Shown here in pieces: positions 1 to 9,253 of a stretch of 64,000 nt of DNA (position 1 is the first letter of the stretch; each line of letters opens with the position of its first letter). A program made the position numbers and the translations under genes. The notes below the pieces were generated by a model. The model ran no database searches. It worked only from the letters and a program-made list of their open reading frames with translations, and was not told the DNA's origin. Source of the stretch: Rubrobacteraceae bacterium (lineage in GTDB: Bacteria; Actinomycetota; Rubrobacteria; Rubrobacterales; Rubrobacteraceae); the NCBI GenBank assembly GCA_965213905.1, contig OZ243922.1, positions 2,226,230 through 2,290,229 of the forward strand, in the 5' to 3' direction.

Positions 1-1168
1 CGTCGGCCTGCGCCACGTTGTACGGGCCGTCGCCGTTAGCGTTGCTGGTCACGACGTTGCCGTCCACGTAACCGCGGGCGAAGTTCGATTCGTCGAGCAG
101 ACCGAGGTACTGGACGATGACCTTGTCGTCACCCTCCTCGTCGGTCTCCGGGACCATCCCGGTGGCGTCGAGCACGGGGCCGCCGTCGGTCGGGACGAGG
201 TGGAAGCTCGTGCGGTTGCCACCGCCGAGGTAGGCGGCCTGATCGAAGTCGTAATCTACGCAGGTGGTCGGCTCTAGCTCCGCGGTGTACGGACCCTGAC
301 GGAAGTTGCCGACGAACTGTAGGTCCGGGGCAACCGTCCATCCGGAGGGGAGATTCGTCTCATCTACCGTCGAGGGCGGGCAGGTGGTAAAGCCACCACC
401 GAGCGGTTCGCCGACGAGCGTCTCGTCGAGTTCATTGGGCTCGAAGGTGCCGTCGTTGTCGATGTCCGCGCCGACGACCGTGCCCTGGACTACGAAACCG
501 CCGACGGCGTCGGCGACGGTCGTGCCCTCGGGCAGGTCGTACACCGCCCGCAGCGTGGTCGAGTCTACCTGCTCCACGGCCAGCGAGCCATAGGTGACGG
601 CTTGATCCGTGTAGAAGCGTAGTCCCGAAGTGTTCTGGATAACATCATCGTCGTTATCTATCGGCTGGTCGAACTCGAACAGCAGGGTGTTGACGTCCTG
701 CCGGACGCTTACCAGGTCGGGGGCGTCAGTGGCGCCGGCAACCGGGGCAGCCTGCGGCGGGTTGTTCGTCGGGCTGCCGCCGTCCACGACTTGTACGATG
801 TTCTTGTCTATCGTGCCGCGGGCGGTGTTGGCCGCGGAGATCCGGCCTTCGAAAGCCAGCGTGATCTCGGTGGTCCCGTTGCCGGCGAGCACGTCTATAG
901 CTTTCAGCGGATCGTTGTTCACCGTATCCGTGTGAATGAGCTGGAATCCGGCGCAACAACTGACGACCTCGGTCGGCTCGTCGAAGGTGAAGACCGCCGT
1001 AGTGTCGTTGGTGCCGCTACCGTTGTAGTCGGTGTTCGTGGCCGTTACGTCTGCGACCGACAATAAATCGGGTGAGATGGTTGGCCCGCTCGTAGTCTGG
1101 GCCGAAGCCGAACCCATGCTTACGAGCATCGTAGCAAGCATCGTTGCCAGAAATACTAACTTTCTCAA
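1..1168 (-). CDS. secreted hypothetical protein (3' end beyond window start)
   Basis: I checked every codon of the minus frame from TTG 1168 to position 2 and found no stop. GGAGGA lies 7 nt upstream. The N-terminus MRKLVFLATMLATMLVSMGSASA/Q is a Sec signal peptide, and third codon positions are strongly G/C. It is absent from the ORF track because no stop lies in the window. Confidence 0.7.
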   Translation of the reverse strand, partial: MRKLVFLATMLATMLVSMGSASAQTTSGPTISPDLLSVADVTATNTDYNGSGTNDTTAVFTFDEPTEVVSCCAGFQLIHTDTVNNDPLKAIDVLAGNGTTEITLAFEGRISAANTARGTIDKNIVQVVDGGSPTNNPPQAAPVAGATDAPDLVSVRQDVNTLLFEFDQPIDNDDDVIQNTSGLRFYTDQAVTYGSLAVEQVDSTTLRAVYDLPEGTTVADAVGGFVVQGTVVGADIDNDGTFEPNELDETLVGEPLGGGFTTCPPSTVDETNLPSGWTVAPDLQFVGNFRQGPYTAELEPTTCVDYDFDQAAYLGGGNRTSFHLVPTDGGPVLDATGMVPETDEEGDDKVIVQYLGLLDESNFARGYVDGNVVTSNANGDGPYNVAQAD

Positions 1169-1318
1169 ATTTACATCCTCCTGGTTGATAGCGTTACAGA
1201 TATCTATGTTGCCATATTTGTCGGAAATTTAAACGTTTTGCCGGATACATCTCCGGTGCGGGCCCGGTTCTGTAGTCCGCGCCGGAGGTTTAGCGAAGTT
1301 GTTTCTACTACTCTTCTA

Positions 1319-1717
1319 CTACCCGGGTAGGGTCACGTCCGCGACGGTTACGTTGACCTCTGTTACGTCTATGCCGGACAGGTCCTTTACGCGCCGGATC
1401 ACAATGTCACGCACGGCCTGGGTTGTCCGGGGTATGGATTCACCGTAAGGCACCGTCAGGGTGAGGTCTACCGCCGCTTCACGTCCGGTAACCTCGACCG
1501 AGACACCGCGCGTGAAGTCCCCCGTACCGGTCAGGCTGCCAAGGAACTCGCCGACCGTCGGGGAGTTGTCGCCTGGAACACGGGCACCGCCGGAGGACAT
1601 CCGGATTCTCTCGGCTTCCCGGGTCACCGTGCTGACGATGCTGGTGACTACGGGTTGCCCTACGGTAGTGGTGCCCCGGTCGCTGTCGAGTGGGTGCCGC
1701 TGTTTCTCATCCGCCAT
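1319..1717 (-). CDS. Asp23/Gls24-family envelope stress protein
   Basis: 132 aa. Size and sequence pattern (TTVGQPVVTSIVSTVTREAE ... VEVTGREAAVDLTLTVPYG ... VTEVNVTVADV) are typical of alkaline shock protein 23 family members. Confidence 0.75.
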   Translation of the reverse strand: MADEKQRHPLDSDRGTTTVGQPVVTSIVSTVTREAERIRMSSGGARVPGDNSPTVGEFLGSLTGTGDFTRGVSVEVTGREAAVDLTLTVPYGESIPRTTQAVRDIVIRRVKDLSGIDVTEVNVTVADVTLPG

Positions 1718-1807
1718 CTACGCTCCTCCTTCTACATTCGCCCTGTTGCTCACTTGTAGGGTATGTAGGGTAAACCATCTGCGGGCCGGGATAGTTGACT
1801 GCGCCGC

Positions 1808-2482
1808 TTACTCTCTTTGTTCACGTTCTATCGTGCTGCTGAAAGGAGCGTAGATCAGGACGTTTTGGACGAGGGCGATGAGGTTGTTCGCGATCCAGTA
1901 CACGAACAGCCCCGACGGGAACCCTCCGAGAGCCATGAAAGCCCCGAACACCACCGGGAGAAACCGCATGAGCCGGCGTTGTTGGGGCGCCGTGTTCCTC
2001 AGCGTAATCTCCTGCGACGCCATCAGCGTAAGCACGAAGATTACCGGCAGCACGTAAAAAGGGTCCGCCACGGTCAGGTCCTGGAACCACAAGAGCCCGC
2101 CGGTCGTGAAACTCTGGAGGTTCTCGAACTCTTTTATCGTGTAGTACAACCCGAGAAATACCGGCATCTGGACCAGCAACGGCAGGCAACCCCCGAGCGG
2201 GTTGATCTCCCGCTCCGCGTAGAGCTTCATCACGGCCCGCTGTTGCTCGTGCGGCTCGTCTTCGTGCTTTTTGCGAATTTCGTCCAACTCCGGTTTTAGC
2301 TCCTGCATCCGGCGTAGGCTCTTGGCTTGTTTGACGGTCAGGGGGAAGAGCGCCGTCCGCACGACGATCGTTAGCATGACGATGGAGAGCCACCAGGGGG
2401 CGCCCCAGCCGTGGAAGAGTTGCAGCCCCGAACCCAAAAGGGTTACCAGCGGGTCGAGTAAGCTACCCAATAGTTCGACCAT
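1808..2482 (-). CDS. yidC: membrane protein insertase YidC (short, Gram-positive type)
   Basis: 224 aa with YidC/Oxa1 motifs: LFPLTVKQAKSLRRMQELKPELDEIRKK, NPLGGCLPLLVQMPVFLGLY. Multiple TM segments. Confidence 0.9.
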   Translation of the reverse strand: MVELLGSLLDPLVTLLGSGLQLFHGWGAPWWLSIVMLTIVVRTALFPLTVKQAKSLRRMQELKPELDEIRKKHEDEPHEQQRAVMKLYAEREINPLGGCLPLLVQMPVFLGLYYTIKEFENLQSFTTGGLLWFQDLTVADPFYVLPVIFVLTLMASQEITLRNTAPQQRRLMRFLPVVFGAFMALGGFPSGLFVYWIANNLIALVQNVLIYAPFSSTIEREQRE

Positions 2483-2557
2483 TTTTTGCTCCTTACCGGG
2501 AAACCGGGAGGGTCCCCGTAATAGATCTCGACTAAAGATTCGTCTAGCCAGGAGCCG

Positions 2558-2938
2558 CTAGACCCAACCTCCGAGACCGGCGAGGAGCAATACAAAAGGA
2601 CCTAGGAGAAGCGCCACCAATAAGGGCCAGTCGGTGCTTTCGACGAGAACAACGCCGGACCGGCGACACCCCGAAGATCCGACACCACCCAAAAGAGAGA
2701 AAACGGAAGACAGGTATTCGGGACCCCGATAAGCGTAGGCTACGAGATGACCGAGACACCCTGCCGCCCCGAAGGCCGCCAACAGGGAGAAGCCGTACTC
2801 GACGCCGACGTGCGTTCCGGAGCCGGAGAGAACACCCCAGAGCAAGTAGACTAGCGAGAAGCCGATGGCGTAGTGCAAAAGGCTAGAAAAAACCCGCCCC
2901 GCACCCGCCCCGGAAAATCTAACCGTACCGCCGTTCAT
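2558..2938 (-). CDS. hypothetical membrane protein
   Basis: 126-aa ORF with 3-4 hydrophobic helices. No recognisable family. Confidence 0.45.
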   Translation of the reverse strand: MNGGTVRFSGAGAGRVFSSLLHYAIGFSLVYLLWGVLSGSGTHVGVEYGFSLLAAFGAAGCLGHLVAYAYRGPEYLSSVFSLLGGVGSSGCRRSGVVLVESTDWPLLVALLLGPFVLLLAGLGGWV

Positions 2939-3120
2939 CCGTCCTCCGATAGGAAGTTACGGGCGACGACCCACCCACAACACGCTGAGTCTAGCATTCC
3001 CAACACCTACGCGGGAAAAATGCCTCTTGGGAATGATGCGCGAACTGTATCCCTGGGTTAAGCTAAGGGCTCCGCCCCTTTTGTGGGCGTTAGGGGATAA
3101 GCGTGAGGAAGGAGGAACTC

Positions 3121-5163
3121 GTGGCAGTCGAGCCGGAGTGGATCCGCAATGTATGCTTGATCGGTCATCGGGGTAGTGGAAAGACGGTTTTGGGGGAGGG
3201 GATGCTGGGGCTCGCGTCCGGGCGCAGCGGCCCGATTGTGGGTGCGCTGGATAACGCGGACGAGGAGGTCGAGCGCGGCATGACGCTCGGCATGAGCGTC
3301 GCGACCTGCGGGTGGAAGGGACGCCAGATCAACCTGCTCGACACCCCGGGCGACGGCGGGTTTATCGGGGACGCTTTCGTGGCCCAGCGGGTCGCCGACT
3401 GCGCCGTGCTGGTCGTCCACGCCCAGGACCCGATACAGGTCGTCACGGAAAGGGTCTGGCGCCGGGGCGAGAAGGAAGACATCCCGCACATCGTCGTCGT
3501 TAACCACCTCGACCGGGAGCGGACGGACTTCGGCGAGGTCGTCGAGCAACTCCGCGAGAGGTTCGGGCCGGCGGTCGTGCCGCTGAACCTGCCCGTTGGC
3601 CGAGAGGACGACTTCAGAGGTGTATACGGACTTTTAAGCGGCATCGCCTTCGTGGACGGGGAGCAGAAAGAGGAGATACCCTCGGGCATGGAAGAGGAGG
3701 TGGATGCGGCAAAAGTCCAGCTTTTCGAAGCCATCGCCGAGAGCGACGACACGCTGTTGGAGAAGTACCTGGAGGGCGAGGAGTTTACCACGCAAGAAGC
3801 TTTCGAGGGCATACGAAAGGGCATTGCGGATGGGCTGATCATTCCGGTGCTCGCGGCGAGCGGGGAGCGCATGATCGGGGTTGACCGGATTCTGGACGTG
3901 ATCGCCGGCAGCGCCCCGAGCCCCGCCGACCGCTCCCAGTGGCTCGACGAGTCTGGAGAAGAGATCCCCTGCGACCCGGACGGCCCGTTCTCGGCCTACG
4001 TCTTCAAGACTTACGTGGACCCGTTCGCCGGACGCCTGAGCGCGCTGCGCGTCGTGGGCGGCCGCTGCCGCTCGGACGAGGCCCTCGTCAACCCGCACAC
4101 CGGCTCCCAGGAGCGCCCCGGCGGCATCTCGCACATGATGGGCAAGGACCGCGAACCAACCGATGAGGCCGTGGCCGGCGACATCATCGCCATCACCAAG
4201 CTCAAGGACACTAACACCCTCGACACGCTCTGCAAGCCGGAGTACCCACTGGTTTACGAGCCGGTAGAGTTGCCGGAGCCGACGACGACCTTCGCGGTCG
4301 GGGCGAAAGCGCGGGGCCAGGAAGAAAAAGTCTTCGACGCCATCCGGCGCGTCGTGGATGAAGACCCGTCGCTGAAGTTGGAGCGTTCTCAAGGCACCGG
4401 CGAAGACATACTCTCCGGTTTGTCCCAAATGCACGTCGAGTTGGCCCTGGAGCGGATCCACAACCGCTACGGCGTCGAGGTGGATGCGCGGGCGCCGAAA
4501 GTACCGTATAAGGAGACGATCACGGGCGAAGCCCGGGCCCAGGGCCGCTACAAAAAGCAGACCGGCGGCCGCGGCCAGTTCGGCGACTGCCACATCGAGG
4601 TTGCGCCGCTCCCCCGCGGCTCGGGTTTTGAGTTCGAGAACGCCATCGTCGGTGGCTCTATCCCCCGCCAGTTTATCCCGGCGGTCGAGAAGGGCGTGGT
4701 CGAGGCGATGACCGAGGGCACCATCGCCGGCTACCCGGTCGTGGACGTGAGGGTGCGGCTCCACGACGGCTCCCACCACTCCGTAGACTCCTCGGAGAAC
4801 GCGTTCAAAGTAGCCGGCTCCATGGCGTTCAAGGACGCGGTGGAGAGGTCTAATCCGGTGCTGTTGGAGCCGTTCGTAAAAGTGGAGATCCTCGCCCCAA
4901 CCGAACTCGTCGGCGACATCATGGGCGACCTCTCGGGACGCCGCGGCAGGCCCATGGGCATGGAGCAGCGCGGCGAACGGCAAGTGATACAGGCCGAAGT
5001 CCCGCAAGTCGAGATGCTCACCTACGCCCGCGAACTGAGGTCCCTGAGCGGCGGGCGCGCGAACTTCCACGTCGAACCCGGCCACTACGAAGAAGTCCCG
5101 CCCAGCCTCGTAGACAAAGTCCTCGCCGCCAACGCCGGCCAAGTACAAGAGAAAGCCGGCTAG
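3121..5163 (+). CDS. elongation factor G-like translational GTPase (EF-G paralogue)
   Basis: G1 GHRGSGKT, G3 DTPG, G4-like NHLD, and EF-G domains II-V recognisable (e.g. YKETI..GRYKKQTGGRGQFG). GTG 3121 has GGAGG 6 nt upstream. The track start 3103 is the alternative. Confidence 0.9.
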   Translation: MAVEPEWIRNVCLIGHRGSGKTVLGEGMLGLASGRSGPIVGALDNADEEVERGMTLGMSVATCGWKGRQINLLDTPGDGGFIGDAFVAQRVADCAVLVVHAQDPIQVVTERVWRRGEKEDIPHIVVVNHLDRERTDFGEVVEQLRERFGPAVVPLNLPVGREDDFRGVYGLLSGIAFVDGEQKEEIPSGMEEEVDAAKVQLFEAIAESDDTLLEKYLEGEEFTTQEAFEGIRKGIADGLIIPVLAASGERMIGVDRILDVIAGSAPSPADRSQWLDESGEEIPCDPDGPFSAYVFKTYVDPFAGRLSALRVVGGRCRSDEALVNPHTGSQERPGGISHMMGKDREPTDEAVAGDIIAITKLKDTNTLDTLCKPEYPLVYEPVELPEPTTTFAVGAKARGQEEKVFDAIRRVVDEDPSLKLERSQGTGEDILSGLSQMHVELALERIHNRYGVEVDARAPKVPYKETITGEARAQGRYKKQTGGRGQFGDCHIEVAPLPRGSGFEFENAIVGGSIPRQFIPAVEKGVVEAMTEGTIAGYPVVDVRVRLHDGSHHSVDSSENAFKVAGSMAFKDAVERSNPVLLEPFVKVEILAPTELVGDIMGDLSGRRGRPMGMEQRGERQVIQAEVPQVEMLTYARELRSLSGGRANFHVEPGHYEEVPPSLVDKVLAANAGQVQEKAG

Positions 5164-5187
5164 TCAGCTTATACATCCTGTACCCCG

Positions 5188-5238
5188 CCGGGCCGCCGTT
5201 GCAAGCGGAGTAGCCGCAACGGCGGCCCGGCTTTTCTC
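5188..5238 (+). terminator. rho-independent terminator after the EF-G paralogue
   Basis: Perfect 15-bp stem CCGGGCCGCCGTTGC / GCAACGGCGGCCCGG (5188-5202 / 5216-5230) followed by CTTTTCTC. Confidence 0.85.
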
Positions 5239-5282
5239 GCAGAAATCTCCCTTGTAGTACGAGAATTCATATTGATCTTCTA

Positions 5283-5312
5283 TGTAACGTTGTAAGATCA
5301 AACTGTAACGTT
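5283..5312 (+). promoter_or_regulatory. two direct TGTAACGTT repeats (possible operator) upstream of the 5365 gene
   Basis: TGTAACGTT at 5283-5291 and 5304-5312, 21 bp centre to centre, in an AT-rich intergenic stretch. Each contains the palindrome AACGTT. Confidence 0.25.
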
Positions 5313-5364
5313 TCCGGCCGTTTGCCACGAGGGCGGTCTGGTTTCTCAGAGAGGAGATGGGCGT

Positions 5365-6471
5365 ATGAAGGTATTTGTTGGGCGCAGGTTTTTGCTGGCG
5401 GGTTTGATCTTGGCCGCGACTTTTATCGTGGCCGGTCCGGCTTCGGCGCACCAAAAATGGTTTCAGAACGCTTCGGGCTTTCCGCTGCGCTGGGACCTGT
5501 TTTTCCGTCCGCTGCCGCTCTTTCTCGTGGGAACCATGCTGTTGGTCTTGCTGGCCGCGGTTGCTGTGTGGCGGGTGCGGGGGCGCGGCTTTTTGCCCGG
5601 CCCCGAATTCTTCGGATCTTCGGAAGACCGGCGGGCGTTTTTCTACGGGCTCGTGCCGCTCATTCTCGGGGTTCACGTGGCGATCCCGTTGCTCGTGAGC
5701 GGGGTTCAGGGAGAACTTTTCACCCCCAACAACGAGCTCCCGGGTTTGTGGGCGAACTTCCTCGGGTTTGCGGAGACGATGATAGCGCTGTCGCTGTTCT
5801 ACGGGGCGTTTACCCGGATAGCGGCTGGCGGGCTGGCCGGGCTCTGGGTCTTCGGATTTTTCTTGCTCGGGCCTCAGGCGATGCTGGATAACGCAATGTA
5901 TCTGGGGTTTGCGGCGTTCTTCTTTCTGGCGGGGCGCGGGCCTTACTCGGTTGACCGGATGTTGCTGCCGCGGCTAGAGCCGCCGGAGAGCTCGGCCCGG
6001 TACGCGATACCGGCGCTGCGTGTCGGGCTCGGCGTGAGCTTTCTGGTAGTGGCGTTTACCGAGAAGTTGGCGAACGTTCCGCTCGGGCTGTCTTTCCTGG
6101 AGGACTATCCGTTGAACTTCGCGGCCGGGTTGGGACTCCCCATCTCGAACGAGGTGTTCGTGCTTTTAGCAGGGTCGGTGGAGTTCCTGATCGGGCTCTG
6201 GCTCATACTCGGTATCTTCCCGCGGGAGATCGTCGTACTCGCCCTGGGGCCGACCAACCTCACGCTCACGGTGTTTAGCTGGACGGAGCTGATCGGGCAC
6301 CTCCCCATCTACGGGATACTGGCCGTGCTCCTGCTGTGGGGCTCCGGAAAAGATATGAACCTTTGGCTGGAAGGCTTGAAGGGGCGAAGAAAGGCCTCCG
6401 CCGAAATTGGTGAGAGTGCCAGGGAAGCCCCCGGGGAAAAAGTCTCTAACCCACCCTCAGCACTTCGCTGA
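5365..6471 (+). CDS. polytopic membrane protein, unknown function
   Basis: 368 aa. Signal-like N-terminus MKVFVGRRFLLAGLILAATFIVAGPASA/HQKW, then at least 8 hydrophobic helices. GGAGATGGG lies before the ATG. Confidence 0.6.
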   Translation: MKVFVGRRFLLAGLILAATFIVAGPASAHQKWFQNASGFPLRWDLFFRPLPLFLVGTMLLVLLAAVAVWRVRGRGFLPGPEFFGSSEDRRAFFYGLVPLILGVHVAIPLLVSGVQGELFTPNNELPGLWANFLGFAETMIALSLFYGAFTRIAAGGLAGLWVFGFFLLGPQAMLDNAMYLGFAAFFFLAGRGPYSVDRMLLPRLEPPESSARYAIPALRVGLGVSFLVVAFTEKLANVPLGLSFLEDYPLNFAAGLGLPISNEVFVLLAGSVEFLIGLWLILGIFPREIVVLALGPTNLTLTVFSWTELIGHLPIYGILAVLLLWGSGKDMNLWLEGLKGRRKASAEIGESAREAPGEKVSNPPSALR

Positions 6472-7453
6472 TCGGGGGCCGCTCCACAAGCTCCTCCACG
6501 TACTCTTGAAGCTGTAGTCCTTCCGGGGTTGCGACCGCGTGCTGGTAGTCGCTCAGTTGAAAGAGTTGTTCTGGTAGCCGGGGGTCTCGTGACTGGTTCA
6601 GGCGGCCGTCTTCCCGCAACCTCCGGGCGACGGCCCTCAGCACGGCGTAGGACATGCGGGAGAGATCCCGCAGAGACTGGTGCCGGTTCTGGCGGGTGCC
6701 GAGGTCTACCTGGGCCATCGCCCCCAGGCCGACCCTCTTCAGCACGTCTATCATGATCCCGGTCTCAACCGCGTAGCCGGTGAGGAACGGTATCGAGCGG
6801 AACAACTCCCGGTCCGCCACGAACTCCCCGGCGAGCGGTTGTACAAAGCCGGTTAGCTCCGGGTAGAAGAGATTGAAGAGCGGCTTCGTCGAAAGCTCCG
6901 TAACCCGGCCGCCGCCGTCGGGCTCCGCGTTCTCGCCCTTTTTGAAAGGCCGCCGGTAAGCTGCTTTCACGTAGCGGATTTGGGGGACCTCCAGGATTGG
7001 ACCCAGAATGCCGTAGACGAACTGGGGCTTGAAATCCCGGGTATCGGCGTCCGCGTACATCACGAGGTCGCCCCCGGCGACCGAGAGGGCGCGCCACATG
7101 GCGTCACCCTTGCCGTGGGTCGCCCCGTGGTAGGACATAAGCTCGTTCTCCGAGTAGACCCGGGCTCCGTGGCCCGCGGCCACTTCGGCCGTGCCGTCAT
7201 CCGAGTCGGCATCTACGGCGAGAATTTCGTCCACCAGCGGGGCACTCTCGTTTGCCGCGTGGACCTCGTCTATTATCCCGCCCACCGTATCCGCTACGTT
7301 CCGGCACGGCAGTACCAGGCTCACGGTCAGCCCCCGCTCCCTTTTCCGGCGGCCCAAAGCTTTCAGGTCGGAGAATTGCACGTACTCATACGAACGATTC
7401 TTGAACCAATCCGCGGCGTCTACAGGCACGATTTTACCCCCGTCTACTCTCAT
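6446..7453 (-). CDS. gpgS: glucosyl-3-phosphoglycerate synthase (GT81; possibly dual GpgS/MpgS)
   Basis: GT-A fold motifs VSLVLPCRNVADTV, AVDADSDDGT, GKGDAMWRAL, YADADT, GGGRVTEL and PLAGEF match the mycobacterial/Rubrobacter GpgS pattern. Confidence 0.8.
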   Translation of the reverse strand: MRVDGGKIVPVDAADWFKNRSYEYVQFSDLKALGRRKRERGLTVSLVLPCRNVADTVGGIIDEVHAANESAPLVDEILAVDADSDDGTAEVAAGHGARVYSENELMSYHGATHGKGDAMWRALSVAGGDLVMYADADTRDFKPQFVYGILGPILEVPQIRYVKAAYRRPFKKGENAEPDGGGRVTELSTKPLFNLFYPELTGFVQPLAGEFVADRELFRSIPFLTGYAVETGIMIDVLKRVGLGAMAQVDLGTRQNRHQSLRDLSRMSYAVLRAVARRLREDGRLNQSRDPRLPEQLFQLSDYQHAVATPEGLQLQEYVEELVERPPISEVLRVG

Positions 7454-7713
7454 GCCCCCTAAATTAACCTAAAGGGGGTTACCTGTCCACAAGTTTCGGG
7501 GTAGGTCTTTTGTCCCGTAAAAGTCAGGGAACACCTACCCGGCCCACACAGGCGCGTCTTGGGCGGGCGAGATCTTACCACGTTCACTAAACGGGCCGCG
7601 GGGACGCGGATGTTAGACTTACGTTCTTTCTAAAAATTGGAAACGTTGGTTTTCTTTGGAGGTTCTTTTCAAAAGGACTTCTTTGGAGGGCCGGAAAGCA
7701 TGAGAGTAAGAAG

Positions 7714-8511
7714 ATGCGAATAGTTTTGACAAACGACGACGGGATAGACGCCCAGGGGCTTTTGGAAGCCCGACGGGCCCTGGAAGAGGTTGGGGACGTG
7801 CTGACCGTCGCCCCGGACCGCAACCGGAGCGGCGTCGGGAGGAGCATCAGCTTCGGCGAGCCGCTCCACGTCGAGGAGCGCGAGATGCAAGACGGCGGCG
7901 TCGGGTACGCCTGTAGCGGCACGCCGGTAGACTGCGTGCGGCTCGTGGCGCTGGGCTTGATGGACTTCGAGCCCGACATCGTGGTCTCCGGGATCAACCA
8001 CGGCGAAAACTTGGGGGACGACATAACCTACTCCGGCACGGTGGCGGCGGCCTTCGAGGGAATCGTGATCGGGGTTCCCGGCATCGCGGTCTCTCTTAGC
8101 ATGGGCCGCGCCTGGCACTCCGGCGAGGAGGAGGAGTTGCACTTCGGCCCCGTGGCGGATTTCACCGCCCGGCTGGTGAAGGTGGCCCTCGGGGGGCTGC
8201 CGGAAGAGCGCATCCTAAGCGTTAACGCGCCGAATTTGCCTGAGGTAAAAGGCGCGCGGGTAACGAAGCTCGGCCGCAGGTTCTACAATGACGAGTTGAT
8301 CGAGGTAAAAGACGAACGTGGGAAGGTGGGATACGACATTTACAATAACCCGCCGGGCCACCACAAGGGAGAGGGCACCGACTTCGCCGCCATCGAGAAT
8401 GGTGAGATCAGCGTAACCCCGATTCACCTGGACCTGACCGACGAGGCCGGGCTCGCGGAAATCACCTCCTGGGACGTGGGCAGCCTGCTCTCCAGAAACG
8501 GCCGCGGATGA
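7714..8511 (+). CDS. surE: 5'/3'-nucleotidase SurE
   Basis: N-terminus MRIVLTNDDGIDAQGL, plus SGINHGENLGDDITYSGTVAAAFEG, the canonical SurE signature. Confidence 0.95.
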   Translation: MRIVLTNDDGIDAQGLLEARRALEEVGDVLTVAPDRNRSGVGRSISFGEPLHVEEREMQDGGVGYACSGTPVDCVRLVALGLMDFEPDIVVSGINHGENLGDDITYSGTVAAAFEGIVIGVPGIAVSLSMGRAWHSGEEEELHFGPVADFTARLVKVALGGLPEERILSVNAPNLPEVKGARVTKLGRRFYNDELIEVKDERGKVGYDIYNNPPGHHKGEGTDFAAIENGEISVTPIHLDLTDEAGLAEITSWDVGSLLSRNGRG

Positions 8512-9188
8512 CACCGCTCAAAGCAGCCCTCTTCGACTTTGACGGCACCCTCGTGGACACCACGGAACTCATTTACCAATCCCTCCGCCACGCCAGCCGG
8601 GAAGTCCTCGGCCACGAGCCGTCCCGGGAGGTCCTCATGGCGAACGTCGGACGGCCCCTCCCGCAACAAATGGAAGAGTTGATCGAAAAAGAGGCCGGCC
8701 AAAACGCCGACCCCGCTTTGCCGGAAAAACTCCTGAAATCCTACCGAACCCAAAACGATGTACTCCACGAAGACCTCATACAAGAGTTTCCCGGCGTAGA
8801 AGAAGCGCTCGCCCGCCTGAGAGAAGCCGGCGTCAAGACCGCCGTAGTAACCTCCAAACGCCGCCACTCGGTGGAGATGGCCGTCGAAACTTTTCCCGGG
8901 CTCGGCCGCGTCACGGATCACTTTGTAACTATGGAAGACACCAAAGAGCACAAACCCGAGCCCGCCCCGCTCCTCAAGGGACTGGAACTTCTGGGTGGCA
9001 TCCCCGTCGAGGAAGCCGCCTACGTCGGCGACTCGCCCCACGACGTAAAAGCCGCCCACGCCGCCGGGGTGACCAGCGTCGGCGTGAGCTGGGGAGCTTT
9101 TCCAGAAGAAGTTCTCAAGTCCGCAGAGCCCGATTATCTAGTCTCGGATATAAACGCGGTCGTAGACGTTCTTCTGAACCTCCGCTAA
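8508..9188 (+). CDS. HAD-IA family hydrolase (phosphoglycolate phosphatase/PpaX-like)
   Basis: Motif I FDFDGTLVDT, motif II VVTSK, motif IV VGDSPHDV. 4-bp overlap with surE. Confidence 0.85.
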   Translation: MTPLKAALFDFDGTLVDTTELIYQSLRHASREVLGHEPSREVLMANVGRPLPQQMEELIEKEAGQNADPALPEKLLKSYRTQNDVLHEDLIQEFPGVEEALARLREAGVKTAVVTSKRRHSVEMAVETFPGLGRVTDHFVTMEDTKEHKPEPAPLLKGLELLGGIPVEEAAYVGDSPHDVKAAHAAGVTSVGVSWGAFPEEVLKSAEPDYLVSDINAVVDVLLNLR

Positions 9189-9253
9189 ACCTCGGGGTGC
9201 GGTACCTCGCTTCTCGACGGCAGAGTTGCTCTAGGACCCGGCGGGCAGGTAAC

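Noticed and set aside
1251-1297. 10-bp hairpin CTCCGGTGCG...CGCGCCGGAG as a terminator for the Asp23 gene
   Set aside because: It has a 17-nt loop and no T-tract on the minus strand, so it was not called.
3634-5148. 504-aa ORF antisense to the EF-G paralogue
   Set aside because: It lies entirely within a gene that has unmistakable GTPase/EF-G motifs. Its composition is Arg/Ala/Gly/Val-rich with no recognisable motif. This is a typical stop-poor antisense frame in GC-rich DNA.
5365-5460. Histidine-brace/copper-binding idea for the membrane protein whose predicted mature N-terminus is His (ASA/HQKW)
   Set aside because: This rests on a single residue and an unverified cleavage site, with no supporting motif or copper gene context.
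7653-7689. Direct repeat TTCTTTGGAGG twice upstream of surE as a regulatory element
   Set aside because: It is short, could be a chance duplication of an SD-like sequence, and has no partner evidence.
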